Source: Paraspadella gotoi (lineage: Eukaryota; Animalia; Chaetognatha). From it: a DNA stretch of 64,000 nucleotides. A program made the translations under genes and the position numbers. Location: NCBI GenBank assembly GCA_051294375.1, contig CM119267.1:18392992-18456991 (forward strand), in the 5' to 3' direction. Each line of letters begins with the position of its first letter. Position 1 is the first letter of the stretch. The notes beneath the pieces were generated by a model. The model had not been told where the DNA came from. It searched no databases and saw only the letters and a list, made by a program, of their open reading frames with translations. Below, piece by piece: positions 13,001-29,141 of this stretch.

Positions 13001-15618
13001 CCCAATGAACTGGGGAACTGTCGGGAACGTCTGCGACCCGGCAAATCGAAGTGTTCATTGCATGCAGCAATAAAACAACGCGAAATTTCATTATAGCTTA
13101 CCTGGAGGGGGTTCCGTTGGATTGGGAAGGCAACGTGTCACGCGTACACGATAAAACTGGCCATCCTAAAAAAAAAAACACAAAAAAACGTAATAATGTC
13201 GTTTCCTTTTAAAAATTACAAATTCCCGCTACTAAAGACCTGCGTCCATCTGGCCGCGTAAAGATAAGAAGGCTCAATGTTCGATATTGTGAGAGGCCGG
13301 TTGTTATGCGAATCATTGGCCCACCTCGTTAACTCTTTAACAAGTCTGTGAATATCAGGCCGATCCTCGAATCGGTGGACGTAGAATTTTACGGGGGAAT
13401 CGATAAAGACGAGATGAACGTCGACCGTCTCCCCGTGACGCAACTGAGACGCCTCGATACTTTTTACGGTCGAAGACGCGGAAGAGTCGGACCTTATGGA
13501 CATGGCCGGGGCGGCCGTCGCGCCCTCGGGATTCTCGAGGATGCTCATCATAACATCGCTAGCGGATTCTTCCATTTTCATCAAGCGAAACCTATGGTCG
13601 ATTTAGTACACGGCCTGTGACAAGGACTTAAAATCGATATTTGTCGCATTATCGAGCACCTTGCCGAAGCGTTGCGAACATGAAGCTTCCCATTGTTGTA
13701 AAGCATTTTGTTGACGGCGTCGGGCGCGGCAGCAGCAAAGTGGATGCCCTTGTCCGAAGTAGGGAGGTGAGTCACGATGATCGGAAAGTTAAGCGCGGCG
13801 TCGATCTTAGACACGATCGGTCGAGGATCGAATACCGGAATTTTCATGAGTTCTCGCGATTCCAAGAGAAGGTTAGAAATCTCGTCGTTTTTTTCCTCCA
13901 TTAATAACTGCGTTAAATAAAAAGTTTCTGGCTTTGGAGTTTCTTTTCAAGCTTACAGACAAGAACGCGATACCTTAAGCACTTGGATGGGTCGTATCTC
14001 ATCAAGGGATATCGTTATTACTTCTTTGAGCAATTCCATCTCGCGTTTTTGGCACAAGGAATGAAGAATCTAAATGAAATAATATAAATGATTTTAACTT
14101 AACACCCTCAATGAAAAAAAAATATGTTACTCGCCTGAAAGTAATTCCTGACTTCGGCCGTAGTAGCTGCGGCGTCTGCTTGAATGTCGCCCACGAGTTT
14201 CTCCAACTCTTTTTTCGAAGATTCCATGAGGTTCAGCAGTTTATGACAGCGATTGGTCGCCGGGTAGAGACGAGCTGCGACATCCGCCTGTACCTCGGAT
14301 AACTTCAAGACCCGGTGTTGGCGGTGATCGTACTAAGAAGGGCGAATACGTCCGTTAAAATAAAACGCGGTCACCGAACGTCTTAATTCGACAGATCACC
14401 TCAACGCAAGTTCTGCAGGCGTACGACTGGTCCTGCTTGCAAAAAAAATCAATCGAGTTGTTGGGGTGAAGTTGACACAGGGTCGGCGGTTTGGCGGTAG
14501 CTCGAATTTGGCGGGACTCGGCATCGCCCACCGCCGATACGTTAACCACGGGGCGTTCGGAGGACAGCGCCTCGGCCACGTGCATCCTAAGAGCGCGAGC
14601 CGACTCGTGGACGCTGAACGAAGATGAAAAGTTTCAAGATCGATACATGATAAATTAACCATGCTCACAAAACCCACCTGCTGAAACAAGTTCCACAAAA
14701 CGAGCATTCGCATTTTTTGCAAAAACAAGTGGCGGGAACTTCGCTACACTCGCCGCACAATTCTTTAGGCGGTTCAGGATGCGGAGCGTCTGTTGAGAGA
14801 AAGAAGTTGACGGTTATACTCGTGACGGACACGAAAATTTTTCGGCGAACTCGCCACCATTAATGGGATTTTCCTCCGTCGTTTCGGCTGCGTCACCATC
14901 GGCAGGAGGGACTTCCTCGACTGAAGCGAACACGTCAAAGTTGTCGAACGAGAGTCCGAATTTAGCCGCGACTTCGACGCGTTCGTCGTAGTCCACGGAA
15001 GACAACTTTTTTCCCGAGGCTCGAACGATCGCACCGCGAACGGCTAGGATGAAGAAATCTAGCAATTACTGAAAAAACCTAGGGAGAAACCAGCGAACTC
15101 CAATATCCTTACAGAAAGCTTGGTATCTTTTGACTGAAAAAGCGGTGGCGCAGATCAGGCCGAAAATATAATAGTCGAGCTCCAGTTGCTCGATTGAGAT
15201 TTTCAAGTTGTCTCCGGGTTTGACCTGGAAAAGCGCAACAGAGAACGTTGACGCAAAGATCTCTCCGTTTTTAAAACTCCTTAAGTCGTTTACTTTTATC
15301 GGTGTCACGTGACTGCACTCTCTACAGGCAACTCCTTTTCCTGGTCGATATAGTTCTTTGGCACACTCCTCGCACCTAATTAGGAAACCAAATCATTGGC
15401 ATATTTGATGACCAAGTTAAATTCTTGCCCAAAGTATTTCTTCACGATCTGCAGAGAAAACGGCAGATCCCCAACCTGGTATGTCCGCAGTCTAGTATAA
15501 AGGGAAGTCGTCTGTTTGGAGGCGGAATACCCTGTACGGGGCTGAGCGTGAACGAGTAAGGCTGATGGCAACCGGCGCATTTGGGGCCGACATCGGCTTT
15601 GGTATGTCCTTCTTCCAT
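1046..15618 (-). CDS. RING finger / B-box / coiled-coil / multi-Tudor protein (RNF17/TDRD4, Qin/Kumo-like), multi-exon
   Basis: ATG 15618 MEEGHTKADVGPKCAGC..LDCGH..CEEC..CREC (RING); B-box LCQLHPNNSIDFFCKQDQSYACRTC; several Tudor-SN repeats (CAAKFNADEFWYRA, VEFVDYGN, MAQYDQEDDDKWYRGRV..FIEFGN, CAAFWEQDGLWYRGQI); last exon 1150-1046 ends SIPEDF*. Spans an N gap and a retrotransposon-containing intron. Confidence 0.75.
2127..2305 (-). repeat. 3' LTR
   Basis: Direct repeat of 6303-6479, differing by a few substitutions and homopolymer-type indels. Confidence 0.95.
6303..6479 (-). repeat. 5' LTR
   Basis: Starts TGCAGCGAG and ends CCGCTTCA on the minus strand; followed by a PBS-like sequence. 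Confidence 0.95.
10456..10760. other. Assembly gap (N run)
   Basis: Run of n; about 170 bp left of the gap is repeated immediately right of it. Confidence 1.
10855..11147. repeat. 22-bp minisatellite (TGATAATCATTCATTGACACGA)n, about 13 copies, intronic
   Basis: Near-perfect tandem units with no spacers; degenerate units at both ends. Confidence 0.95.
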
Positions 15619-15954
15619 TTTGTTTGGTAATTAATGTTTTTCCGACAGGAATTATTGATTTATTAAGAGATTCTCTGCAAAAATATTTTAACAAAGCGAA
15701 ATTTTTTTTATTTTTTTATAAGACAAAACAATTCCCTTGCCTATTTCTATTTCGTATAATGCAGGTATCAAATTAGATAAAAATGAGTTGTATTGGGTGT
15801 AAAATAAAAACCAACGGTAAAAGTATAGCCAAATAATAACGAAAACGATTTATTATGTATATTTTTTACCACCATAAAAATTTTTAACAACTGGAATTCA
15901 TCATCTTTTTCCCTCTTAGTGTTTTTTCCATCATAACCGCAGAGGGGGGGGAAA

Positions 15955-19001
<3,047 letters not shown>

Positions 19002-19493
19002 TCAAACCTGGCTACAAATATGCAGACGTGAATCAATGAAAACAATGAATTGGTGGGAAGAGATGCCCTATTTGGACCGCGCTTTAAATCTAAACGACTT
19101 TTTATGAAATATTATTAAGTTTGCGTTTAGTTACAAATGCTATAAAGAAACTAAAACTTCAATATTCAAACAGCGAGCACGGTCGTACAAAAAAAAGTTT
19201 AAATTGATTGATATGCTAAATGAAGCCAACGAAATAAATATGTAACAGAATCATTGAAACGTTATTTAATTGATGTATAAAATTACAAAAAAAAATATAA
19301 AAAAATTCCATAACAGGCGGAATACAACAACCAAAAATTGATAAAGAAATCTAACTTCTGAAGCTAAAATCCTACCAATCGCTAACAAAAATAAAATGTC
19401 ACATACTAAAAATAAAATAATTATTTAAACGTGTCGGCGATGAGATTTCTCCGGGAAAGGAAGGGGGAAACTGAGCTCCACACTAGGTGACGT

Positions 19494-20343
19494 TCAGTAA
19501 ACGGAATGAATTTCGGAAGACTTGGAGCGTTTGTGAACGGAGGAGTTCCGGTTGACGTTTTGCTGCACGATGACGGATTTTTTGATGATCGTCCAATCCT
19601 CGATGATCTCCGAGTCTCCCAACAGATAAACCAAGTAGGGTCCCGTCACGCTAACGGGTTTCTTCCTCTTTCCCTCGCCGCTGGCTCCGCCGCCCCCGGC
19701 GCCGCCGAGTCCGTCGGCCCGCTGCTTCCGCGAGTTTCTCTTCGACTCTTGCCAGAGGTCCGTGGTGAGATCGAGGTTGTGCCGATCCTCCTCCAGTCGG
19801 TGGATCTTCTCCTCCAGGTCCTCCTTGAGCGCGTCGAAGAGGAGCGCCTTTTCCGACTCAAAGTTTTGCTGAGCGGCGAGCAAGTCGGCCTCTGTTCGGT
19901 TCTTCAGCGCCTTGATCCTCAGTTCGCGAAGGACGCCGGCAACGTGAGTACGGATCTGCATGTTCTCTTGGAGCTTTTGCAGAGGTCCCAGATATTCGGC
20001 GGAGCGGCCGCACCGGACCTGGCCCAATTTGAGTTCAATCTGCTCGAGGCGCTCGCGGTAGAGTTGCTCCTTGAGACCGTTAAACTGTTTCTCGATATCA
20101 TTCATGACTTCGACGCATTCCTCGCGTCGAGCGTCGCACTCGTCGAGGTCGAAGTCGGAGCTGGGATAAGTAATAATCGTCGTTTGACTCACTCACCTTA
20201 CATGACATTAGATAATAGTAGTCAAACCTGTAGTCGGAATCCTCGCCATCGCTGGCGGAGCTTTCCTCAGAATCTGACGCCTCAGTGCTTTTAGTGCTGG
20301 ATTCTCTCTCCATTTCGTCCTCGGGCGCCGGATTTTCTGCCAT
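19494..20343 (-). CDS. BRMS1: BRMS1/BRMS1L (Sds3-family Sin3 complex subunit)
   Basis: RREECVEVMNDIEKQFNGLKEQLYRERL..KRKKPVSVTGPYLVYLLGDSEIIEDWTIIKK; one intron. Confidence 0.9.
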
Positions 20344-21103
20344 AGCGCCGACGTTGAGTAGGACGGGATAACAAACGCTCCTAGATCATAATCAATTATA
20401 CTTGCGATACTAAAGCGTCTTTTTTGAAGTCATAATCAAAAACCTCTAAAAGAAAATGAAAATAATTCCATAGGCTTCACGAAACGGTCGTGCAATAATG
20501 TAAAACGAGTATTGCTATTTGGATTTTTTATTGTTAATTAAAACAAGAGAACAGCAAATCAAAAATATTACGTACTAAAAACGCGATTAAACCTTTATTA
20601 GGCAACGGAGTAACAAAGTGTTCAAAAAACGAACAATAACAAGCTACAATTTAATTATAAGATTATTAGCAAAATAAAAAAGCAAAAAATGGCCTTCCAA
20701 TTTAGGTTTCGGACGGAAGTACATTTGTGCGCTATTAATAATAGCAAATTTTCGTATAAATAGGAGTTAACAATTTCGGTAAAACCCAAAAAAATTACGG
20801 TGTGTTAAATTACAACTTGCGTGTGTATTAAAAGGCCACGCACGATTAAGCTGGTACAATAGTTTGAGCATTTGAGTCCAAAAAATTCAAGCCTTAGGCG
20901 ATATTAGAAACCTCGTTCGTTAGATATCCATGAGCATTTTGCACTATAAGGTGATCAGATTATGTTTGGTCTTGCAGCAGAAAGAAACCGTTTGATGCCT
21001 GAGATTCTAAGTTCTATTCAAGATATCTGGGTGTAGTAGTATTTCTTTTTTAATCCGTAATATGTTCCTGCTCGAAAGCGAAATCATTCGTTACAAGCTG
21101 CAG

Positions 21104-21902
21104 TTAGCACTCTCCGTCAACGATCACGAATTCCTTTTCTGCTCTTGCGTCGTCGCTGTGACCGTTATCATGAACGACAGGCAGCACGTTCTCCTTGAAC
21201 TTTGACTTGAAATTATCGTTTCCTTAGCGAAACGTAAAAAAAATTACACGCATAATTAAATAGATATTAGATATACGTCCCATGCTTCTTCTACTCAGAA
21301 ACCGCGAGAGTTACAAAATCGCCTCGCGGCTCATTTCCGATGCCTACCAGCTGGGTAGTAGTGAATAACTACTACGATTTTGTCATCGCCCTCGATCGGG
21401 GCGACCCCGACGCCGATGTCCGTGGTGGCTCGCCAGATCATCTGGGTGAAATGAACGGTTTCCCTTCTCCATCCGGGAGCGGAAAAGTCGTAGGCAGCGA
21501 ATTCGCGGTACCAACGATCGATGAGCTCTCTCTCCATGGAGACGCTGTAGGAATGTTTGGACGTCTGTATCGATAATTCATTTGCTCATTTCTGAATGAA
21601 AAGTAAATGTACACTAACCCTTCGTTCTCATCGCCGACTTGGACGATTTCGATGGATTGACTGACGTCGGGATCCTCATCGTCATAAAGCACGTAACCCG
21701 ATTTGGCGATCTTGCTCGCCCAAATGGTGGCGCTCTCGCTCAACTCTCGCGAAAGCTCCAGCGGCGGGGCGCCGTGTCGAAGACGGACGGCGTTGTGCAG
21801 GGCGAGGATATTGTCTTCAGTTAAGGCAAGGCTCGGGTCGAATTTGGCTCTTTTGAGGGGAACGGCGGTGTCCTCTCCAGGTGAGACCGCGTTTCCGTTC
21901 AT
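21104..21902 (-). CDS. GLIPR2/GAPR-1-like CAP/SCP domain protein
   Basis: LALHNAVRLRHGAPPLELSRELSESATIWA; WYREFAAYDFS..HFTQMIW..IGVG..VVIHYYPAG/GN..FKENVLP; no obvious signal peptide. Confidence 0.85.
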
Positions 21903-22173
21903 TGCTGATTCTTATTTCTTTCCCCTTTTTTTACTTTTTGATTTTTTTTTTTGCATCAATTATATTTTTCTCTGTTAGAGCTCCCAATGTTTTCAAGTTT
22001 TTTCACCCCGCCATGAGTGACCTGAAGAGCAGAAACCAGATAAAAACAAGTTTTTGTATATTTGTAGCGTTAAAATAAAATCGGTTATAAAAAACGTGTG
22101 AATTCGTTTAAAAAATTGTGAACATACAGTAAATTAAAAACAAACTTCAAAAACGGCGCGTGCGTATAAGTCA

Positions 22174-25100
22174 TTATTCCTTATTACATATAAGATCGCC
22201 AATGCTTGCGACGCCCGTGGTGACGAATTTTCGGTAGAGACGATAAATGAGCGCCAGAGCTTGAAAGTAGACGGACAATATTTTGGAAACGAGGCCCAGA
22301 ATAAATAAAGAGCGAGCGAAGCTCTCGTTGTCGTAAACCCAACAGGATCCTTTGAAGCTCGGATCGCATCGCCAAGTTTGCCACAAGATGCAACTGTTGT
22401 CGATAACCAGGCCGAAAACCAGGGGGGCAATGACGCTGAATAGTTGTTGAAGATTGAACGGGTGATGAGATAAACTTAATAACGATACTAACGATATAAC
22501 AAATCAGTCAAAGGTATTGATCAACTGTCCCAATGTCGGTTGCCCATAAAACATAAAATATTAACGGATCTCATCGCCCGCACGACCTTCCGAGCAGAAA
22601 ACCGATACTCCGGTAGGTTGCCATGGCGACGGACTGAAACTCTTGAGCGACGATAATCAAAACAATTTCCGTGGAGGGGACGGTACAAAAACTAAAAAAA
22701 AAGGGGGTTTACGTTTTCAGCAAACATAAGCGAAATAAGAGCAGCGGCACCTGTGGCAAAACAGGAAGAGAAACATCCCAACGATGCCGATCCACACGGA
22801 AGAGCAACCACGCTGCTTGCAGAATCCCGCGACCACGGTCGTCGAATGGTTTCGACCGAGACAGGCGCAGTTTTCGTAGGTCGTCTTACGACCTGGTTCC
22901 AGCGACTCTTTTTCGGAAATGCATCCGGCGTGACAGGCGGAAAAGTACTGTGTCTCTTCAACCGCGTCACAGACGGGCTGGTAATAGCGGCGGGGACAAG
23001 CGCACCCGCGGTTGCAATCGTTATCCAATGATGCGGCGCCGTCGGAGAAACCCACGAGATAGTCGCCGTCGCAACGTAACCATAGCACGCCAAGAAACCA
23101 GCAACAACAAAAACCAACAAAGACGTTCTGCAGCAACATTCCGTTGAGTTGAAGACTTCGGAACTTGACCGAGAGACCGCCGAGAATTACTCCGAGAGTC
23201 ATCGCCACGACCAGGGTTCCGCCCATAAGCATGGCCGCGAATGAGGCCGTTAAGGAAAACTGAATTTTTAATTTTATTTCTTAAAAAAATTACAACCCGT
23301 GATAACTGATGCCTCGTGAGTTGTGAGTAAATTACCTGATTTTCCAAAAACTTTGGCATAAAGGCCGCGAATCCGTTTAGCAGGAACAAGTCGGCGGCCA
23401 AGGACAGGGCAACGCAAACAAACGCAGGATTCTTTAAAACAACCCTCAAAGCTTGAAAAATGGGCCACAACTGACAGCGATCGTGGGAGCCTCCGTTAGT
23501 AAGGTCGACTATTTGTAAAGCACCGTTATCCAGTGGCTGAGGCGAGGGCAACTTGAGCGGCGTCAAAGGGACCGAGGACGGAACGTGCGTCGCGAGGGCG
23601 GACAAGTTGATATTGACGATGGCGGGAGAGTCGTCGACGGTGAGAAAGTCGCGGCGCCGATTCGGGCGTGTGGGCGGTTCAACGGCCGATTGCGACGAAG
23701 CGATAGGCGTTGATTCCTTTTCACTCACGTCGATCGATCGCGGAGGCAACGTTTGCTCTTTTTTTCTTAGAGATCGAGGAAAAGCCGCGAGCGGAAGAGC
23801 TGTGGTTTTATTTACGGGATCGTAGTAGTTATTAGCGTATTATTAGTAGTCCTTTTGAGGAACTTTTCGTTTGACCGTCTTACCCAGAGGCAAGGTGAAG
23901 ATCATAGACAAGACGAAACCAATCCACCAAGCACCGCACCATCTTGGATCGTCCGGTGACAATTGGTTGTCGCCGAAAGACCTCAGCTCTTGCATAGCGT
24001 CTAATTTATCTACATCCACGAAAATGTCGAGAAATCGGCCACCGAGGAGAAAGCCGGCGGCAGGACCGAGGCCAGCGATGCCGAAGAATACACCGACGTA
24101 AACGGGTGACTGCGACGCGGGCACATTCTCATGGAGAAAGGAAATACCGACTGAATAGATGATACTACCTCCAACCGCGTGCAAGGCTGGATTTGATGAA
24201 AAATAGTTTCCGAAATCTTTTTCTTCCAGTCGTCCTTACTCTCATTGTTATGACTAATAATTAATATTTAATATTTAATTCGATGGTCACCTTGCGCAAG
24301 CAAAAATAGGTACAAATAGTTTTGTAAGTTGGCTGCGTCGTGTATGTCCCCATCCTCGAACTCAATCTGACACTCTTCCCTTCGGAATCGGTCGTCGCAA
24401 ATCGTCCCTTCGAGACCGAATGAGTTGTACTGATATGGACCAACAAGGAAATGCGCCAGAGAGAAAATAAGGGCCCCGGCCGACAGCGCAAGCGACGACA
24501 GGGCTATGAAAAGAGGCTTGTTTCCTGACAACCAACGATCAAAAAACAATATAAAAAATGATCTTTTTTTATTTTTCCTCAAACAAACTCCACTGCAGAC
24601 CTTTGTCTCCATAATATCCCAACGGAATTCCGATGAAGGTGCAGAAAAATGGGTAGGCTCCGCAGACGAGCCCGAGATGTAGCGAAGAAAGGTTGAAACG
24701 CCTTTCGAGAGTGGAAACGTTGACGTTGACCAAACCGTTGACTATCATACCTGGAACAAGTTGAATAGTTTTAACGAATAACTAGGAATACTCACTCAAC
24801 ACGCCCGATTAATTACTTTGACAAAAAGCCAGTAAGCTGAAAAAAGGAAGAAACGCCTTGGGAGAGGAAAACGGTTTCATCCATCGGGGTCGGCATCCAA
24901 AAAACCCGCAAATATTCGAAACTTCGTTTCGGAAGCTTGAATCTTAAAGGTAGTGGCTATTGGGTCAACACTTCGAGCCTAATCTAATGTTTTACAAAAA
25001 TTAAACAAATATCGTAATAGTTTAATTGACAACTTAAAATTAGGTGGAGGTTGACCCAATGACCATTACTAGAATGTGAAGTCTTGAAAAAAATCTCCGC

Positions 25101-25664
25101 GTAAGGATTGGTAACTCTCAATTCCTCAACGCCCGGTGGGTCTGCGCGAGGGGTTAATCTTGGAGCAATCTTCCTCACATTCTTGGACGCGACCGTCGAG
25201 ACGCTACTCTCCCGGCTTGGTTCAAAGCGCTCATTCGTCGACCCATCCACGCGTGAAGGCATCGAGCTCTCGTCGAATACATAGTTATTGTTGACAATAA
25301 CGTTGGAGGAACAAAACGGGAAAACTTCGTCGGAATCGCTCGCTCTTGCGCGCCAACTTGCCAAGGAATTTCGCAGGGCATTCAGCGAGCCTCTTGTCGA
25401 AGCCTCAAAAGCAGGGGAAGCGAGTCGGGTAGTTTGAAGCGGCGTCGATGACTCGATGAAACTGTTTTCTGGGATTTCTTCTACAGACTTCTCTGCGGTC
25501 GCGTCTGACTGAGGCTCCTTCTTGAGCCTTACAATAAGCGGGGCATCCCCAGTTAAATTCCATCGAGCCAATATCGAGGGAGAGGATAGGGCGGAGTTGA
25601 TCTCCTTTGTCAAACGGTCAACATGGCTGTCACGTCTAGGATACGGCTTCGGAGCGGATGCCAT
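22174..25664 (-). CDS. Organic anion transporting polypeptide (SLCO/OATP), multi-exon
   Basis: GMIVNGLVNVNVSTLERRFNLSS; GLGPAAGFLLGG; LSPDDPRWCGAWWIGF; FMPKFLENQ; Kazal-like CNRGCAC..YQPVC..YFSACHAGC; GSCWVYDN. Whether the first exon (25664-~25060) belongs to this gene is less certain. Confidence 0.85.
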
Positions 25665-25860
25665 AGTATTTATTAGCAAAAGAATGCCTGACAATTTTTT
25701 AAGTAAAATAAAAATGACGTAAAATTTTCTTGGTTAAAACAACAAGGGGATGGATAGAGTTTATTATGGATATAACACCGTCTAGGTCGACGAAAGTTAA
25801 CAAATTAAAACAGAAATAGCAAATGCAATTTAAAACAGTACATCAAAATATTTAAAAAGC

Positions 25861-28800
25861 CTAAAATAAATAACTCATCGGTTTAACGGAAACTAGAGAA
25901 TAAAGCAAGTCATCTTCAGAGTCTTTGGTCAATTTGTACAAAACGTCCTTCGGTACATCATCTTGGCAATTGGCGGCGGCAACGACTTTGGCCTCATTAT
26001 TATCGCTTTCAGTCGCTGCGTCAGAAGTGGCACGTAAAGTGTTACTTGATGTCGTTGCGGAATCGGCCGAGTCGACCTTCACTGGATAATCTTGACTAGC
26101 CAATCTGAGTTGTGCAAAAGATCATGGACTTAAATTTTAAACTCAAAAGACGTCCAAACAATAACTAAAAAACGTTTTAAAAAACCTGAATAATACGTTA
26201 TCCTCCGGGGAAGCTAAAAAATCTGCTCGACCGAAACTGCTTTGAAATTCGGCGGTCGATAGACGGTAAAGGTCGCCGCTTTCGTCGGACCTAACGCTCG
26301 AAGTTATAGGAAAAAAGGAGGGAGAATCGTCTGAAGGAGAGTTAACAGATGCCGGAGTTTGTGTTTCGATGTCGCCAAGAGATCGCGATGATGGGCGGTC
26401 ATTGGGAGGAGGAGGAGGAGCAGGGGGAGGAGCCAATTTGTACAGAGTATTAACGTCCTCATCTTCCGAATCTTTTTTGATCTTTTTCGACGGCGTCAAC
26501 AATGGAGGGGAATTCTCATGTTTTTTTCTTTTACCGCGTCCTTTTCTTTGCGGCAGCGACCTTTTCGTCGGAGACAATAAAGACGCCACCTCGCCTAACA
26601 TCGAAAGGTTCTCGCGGCCGCCGACGTCGGACGCCTCGTCTTCCTCGGACGCTCTTGAGTCTTCCGAATATTCACGGGTTGTCCGTGGAGGCGACTCGAT
26701 CTCGCAATCGGCGGAGTCATTAGAGGAATCGAGAGCCGCGCTGGGACCATCCTCGGAAGAATGCGGCGCGGAGGATCGAGGCGCAGTCGAATCGGTCGAA
26801 GATGACGCCGGCGCGGGGGTCGAGATTGATGAGAAAGAATCGACGCTCGATAGTTCTGACTTTCTTTGCTGATCTCGCATCATTTGTTGAGTCAACTCTA
26901 TGCTTTCATAACGAACCTCCTAAAATAAAATTTTGTAAATTATTATCGAGGCAATCATTTAAGATGTGTTTTTTTTTTTGTAAACGGGCAGATCTAAAAC
27001 TTGCCTGAAGTCTGTAAAATCCGTCGTCGTAAAGAATGTACTTGACTCGCTTAAGTTCTTCGGGCCACTTGAAGTCGTGAACGCTCCGCAGATGAGTAGT
27101 TAAAGTCGTTCCGCGAGTGAATTCCTTCAAACACTCGTGGCACTGGTACTTTCGATTACCGATGCCGGCATTTTTTAAGTCGTGAGACCTTTGGTGAGAT
27201 TTCAGACATTCCAGGCTCACCGAAGAATACTTGCAACCTTCTACGTCGCAACGGTAAACTTCGTCCAATTCGTGGTTGTTCAGATGTTTGTTCAGGTCGT
27301 ATTGAGTTTTAGCCCGGTAAGGGCATTGGGGACAGCTATGCGGCCGGTAGTCCGAGTGTTTGTACTGGATGTGATGTCTTAAGTTGGCAGGGAAAGCGCA
27401 GGTGAGATCGCAGAAGGGGCATTTGTAGTGATTGACGTGTTGTCTCATGTGGTCGCGGAGGAGGCGTTCGAGGCCGAACTTTTTCGAGCAGTACTCGCAA
27501 AGAAATACTTGCGTTTCGGCGTTTTGTTGTCGTTTGAGATGATCGAAGAATTTCGTTTTGTTCGCAAACATTCCCCCGCATCGGGGACAACCCACGCATT
27601 TTTCCTGAGTGTGACCCATTAGGTGTTGCTTAAGATGGCCTTTCAGGCGAATGGACTTAATGCAGTTCCGCCATAAGCACTTTAGGAGGGTGCCTTTTTC
27701 CGATGGCTCGTTAAGTACATGGGAGGCTACGTGTTTGTAAAACAGAATTGGATTGTCGAACACGGTTCCGCAGTCGTTCCACCTAGCGAAAAAATAGCTC
27801 TTTAAACTTTATTCTAAATAACCGGCGTAATTTTGGCATAAATACCCTAATGGTTGACGCTCACTCGCATAATAGTCGATTCGGCAAGTCTGGAATAAGA
27901 TTCCTACTGGAGACGTCGAACTGACAATCCTCCAAATTATTCTTCGAAGTCACCGCGGAGCCCAAAAATTTTATTTTTGAGTGGAAGACGTGAAAGAAGA
28001 CGTGACGTGAAAACTCCTCAAACTGCGCGTCGATCGGTTTCGTGTCCACATCCGCCTCTATGGGCACATTTGGTGGTTAAATAAATAATAACAATGTGAA
28101 ATAGCCTCATACTAACCAACTCTAAGCGGGACGAAATCGCAGTCTTCCCAGAGACACTTAAAAAGAGGATTAGTTTCGTCCGCTTGACCGTCGACGAGAG
28201 AGTCGTCGAGGACGAGGGCTTTTTGAATCCTGTCGCGGACTCGAACCAAATGCTTCTCCACGTGGGACGCGAGATTTTCGCAGGAGAAGGTCGGACCATC
28301 GCCGGTTAACAGATTGCCCTGAGTGAAGAAATTAATTGTGCTGTGAACCATAATTGAGAAATTGACAATACATTAAAAAAAAAAGAAGAAATATATAGCA
28401 TGAAAAATGAAGATCGAATATAACTTTAGTAAAAGGAATGAACTAACGAAGCTAAGAATTCCCTCCAAAAATTGATTTCGAGATAGAAACCTTTTGTGGA
28501 CAATCGCGCCACTCGCACTTGAGATGAAAATCGACTTTCGAAGAAAAAGTCTTGGCGAGTTTGGGATCGGGTTGATAGTCCGCTTCGTCATCCTCATTCT
28601 CCGCCGCCGACTCGTGCTGAATCACCACCAAGGGCGCGTCCGACGGAAGATTTAAAGCGTCCAGACTCGTCAGAGCCGTCGTCGAACTTAAAAAAAAAAA
28701 AAGAGTCATTAGCTCTGGAAGCTGTTCTTCGGAAAAGAGTAACGGGACTTTTTCTTTCTGAACCAAAACTTATTACTAACCTGTGATTGTTGTCTTCCGT

Positions 28801-28878
28801 GGCGATAAGAATGTCGACTGTTTTATACGCAGACTGAGCTTCTTTGACGTTAGCTTCTCCGACCGAGTCGGACGCCAT
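25861..28878 (-). CDS. HINFP: Histone H4 transcription factor (HINFP/MIZF), C2H2 zinc-finger protein
   Basis: CEWRDC, CLWEDC..HVFFHVFHSKIK, HTQEKCVGCPRCGGMFANKTKFFDHLKRQ, RLLRDHMRQHVNHYKCPFCDLTC, FTRGTTLTTHLRSVHDFKWP..Y..DDGFYRLQ; long low-complexity C-terminus, 3' end approximate. Confidence 0.9.
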
Positions 28879-29141
28879 CTTTTCTTTACCACTAAACTTA
28901 GTCCATTCTGCTGAAAATTTGTAAATTATAAAATAACGAGCCAGTAAGAATGGCAGTTTTCAACGAAAAAAAGGTAACGTGGCCTTAAAACAAGCTTGTA
29001 TAATATGGAATTATGGATGCAACGGTTAAATAAAAAGAAATACTAACAATAGGAGGCACTTGAACAGAAATAAATCAATGGAATGTAAATTCCGATAAAG
29101 TACAGCTGGTTTCGTGCATCACAAGTAATAACTTTATGAAC

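Noticed and set aside
19506-20294. Long plus-strand ORFs (also 30924-31712, 44068-44598, 47800-48336)
   Set aside because: They are antisense shadows of GC-rich minus-strand exons with no recognisable motifs.
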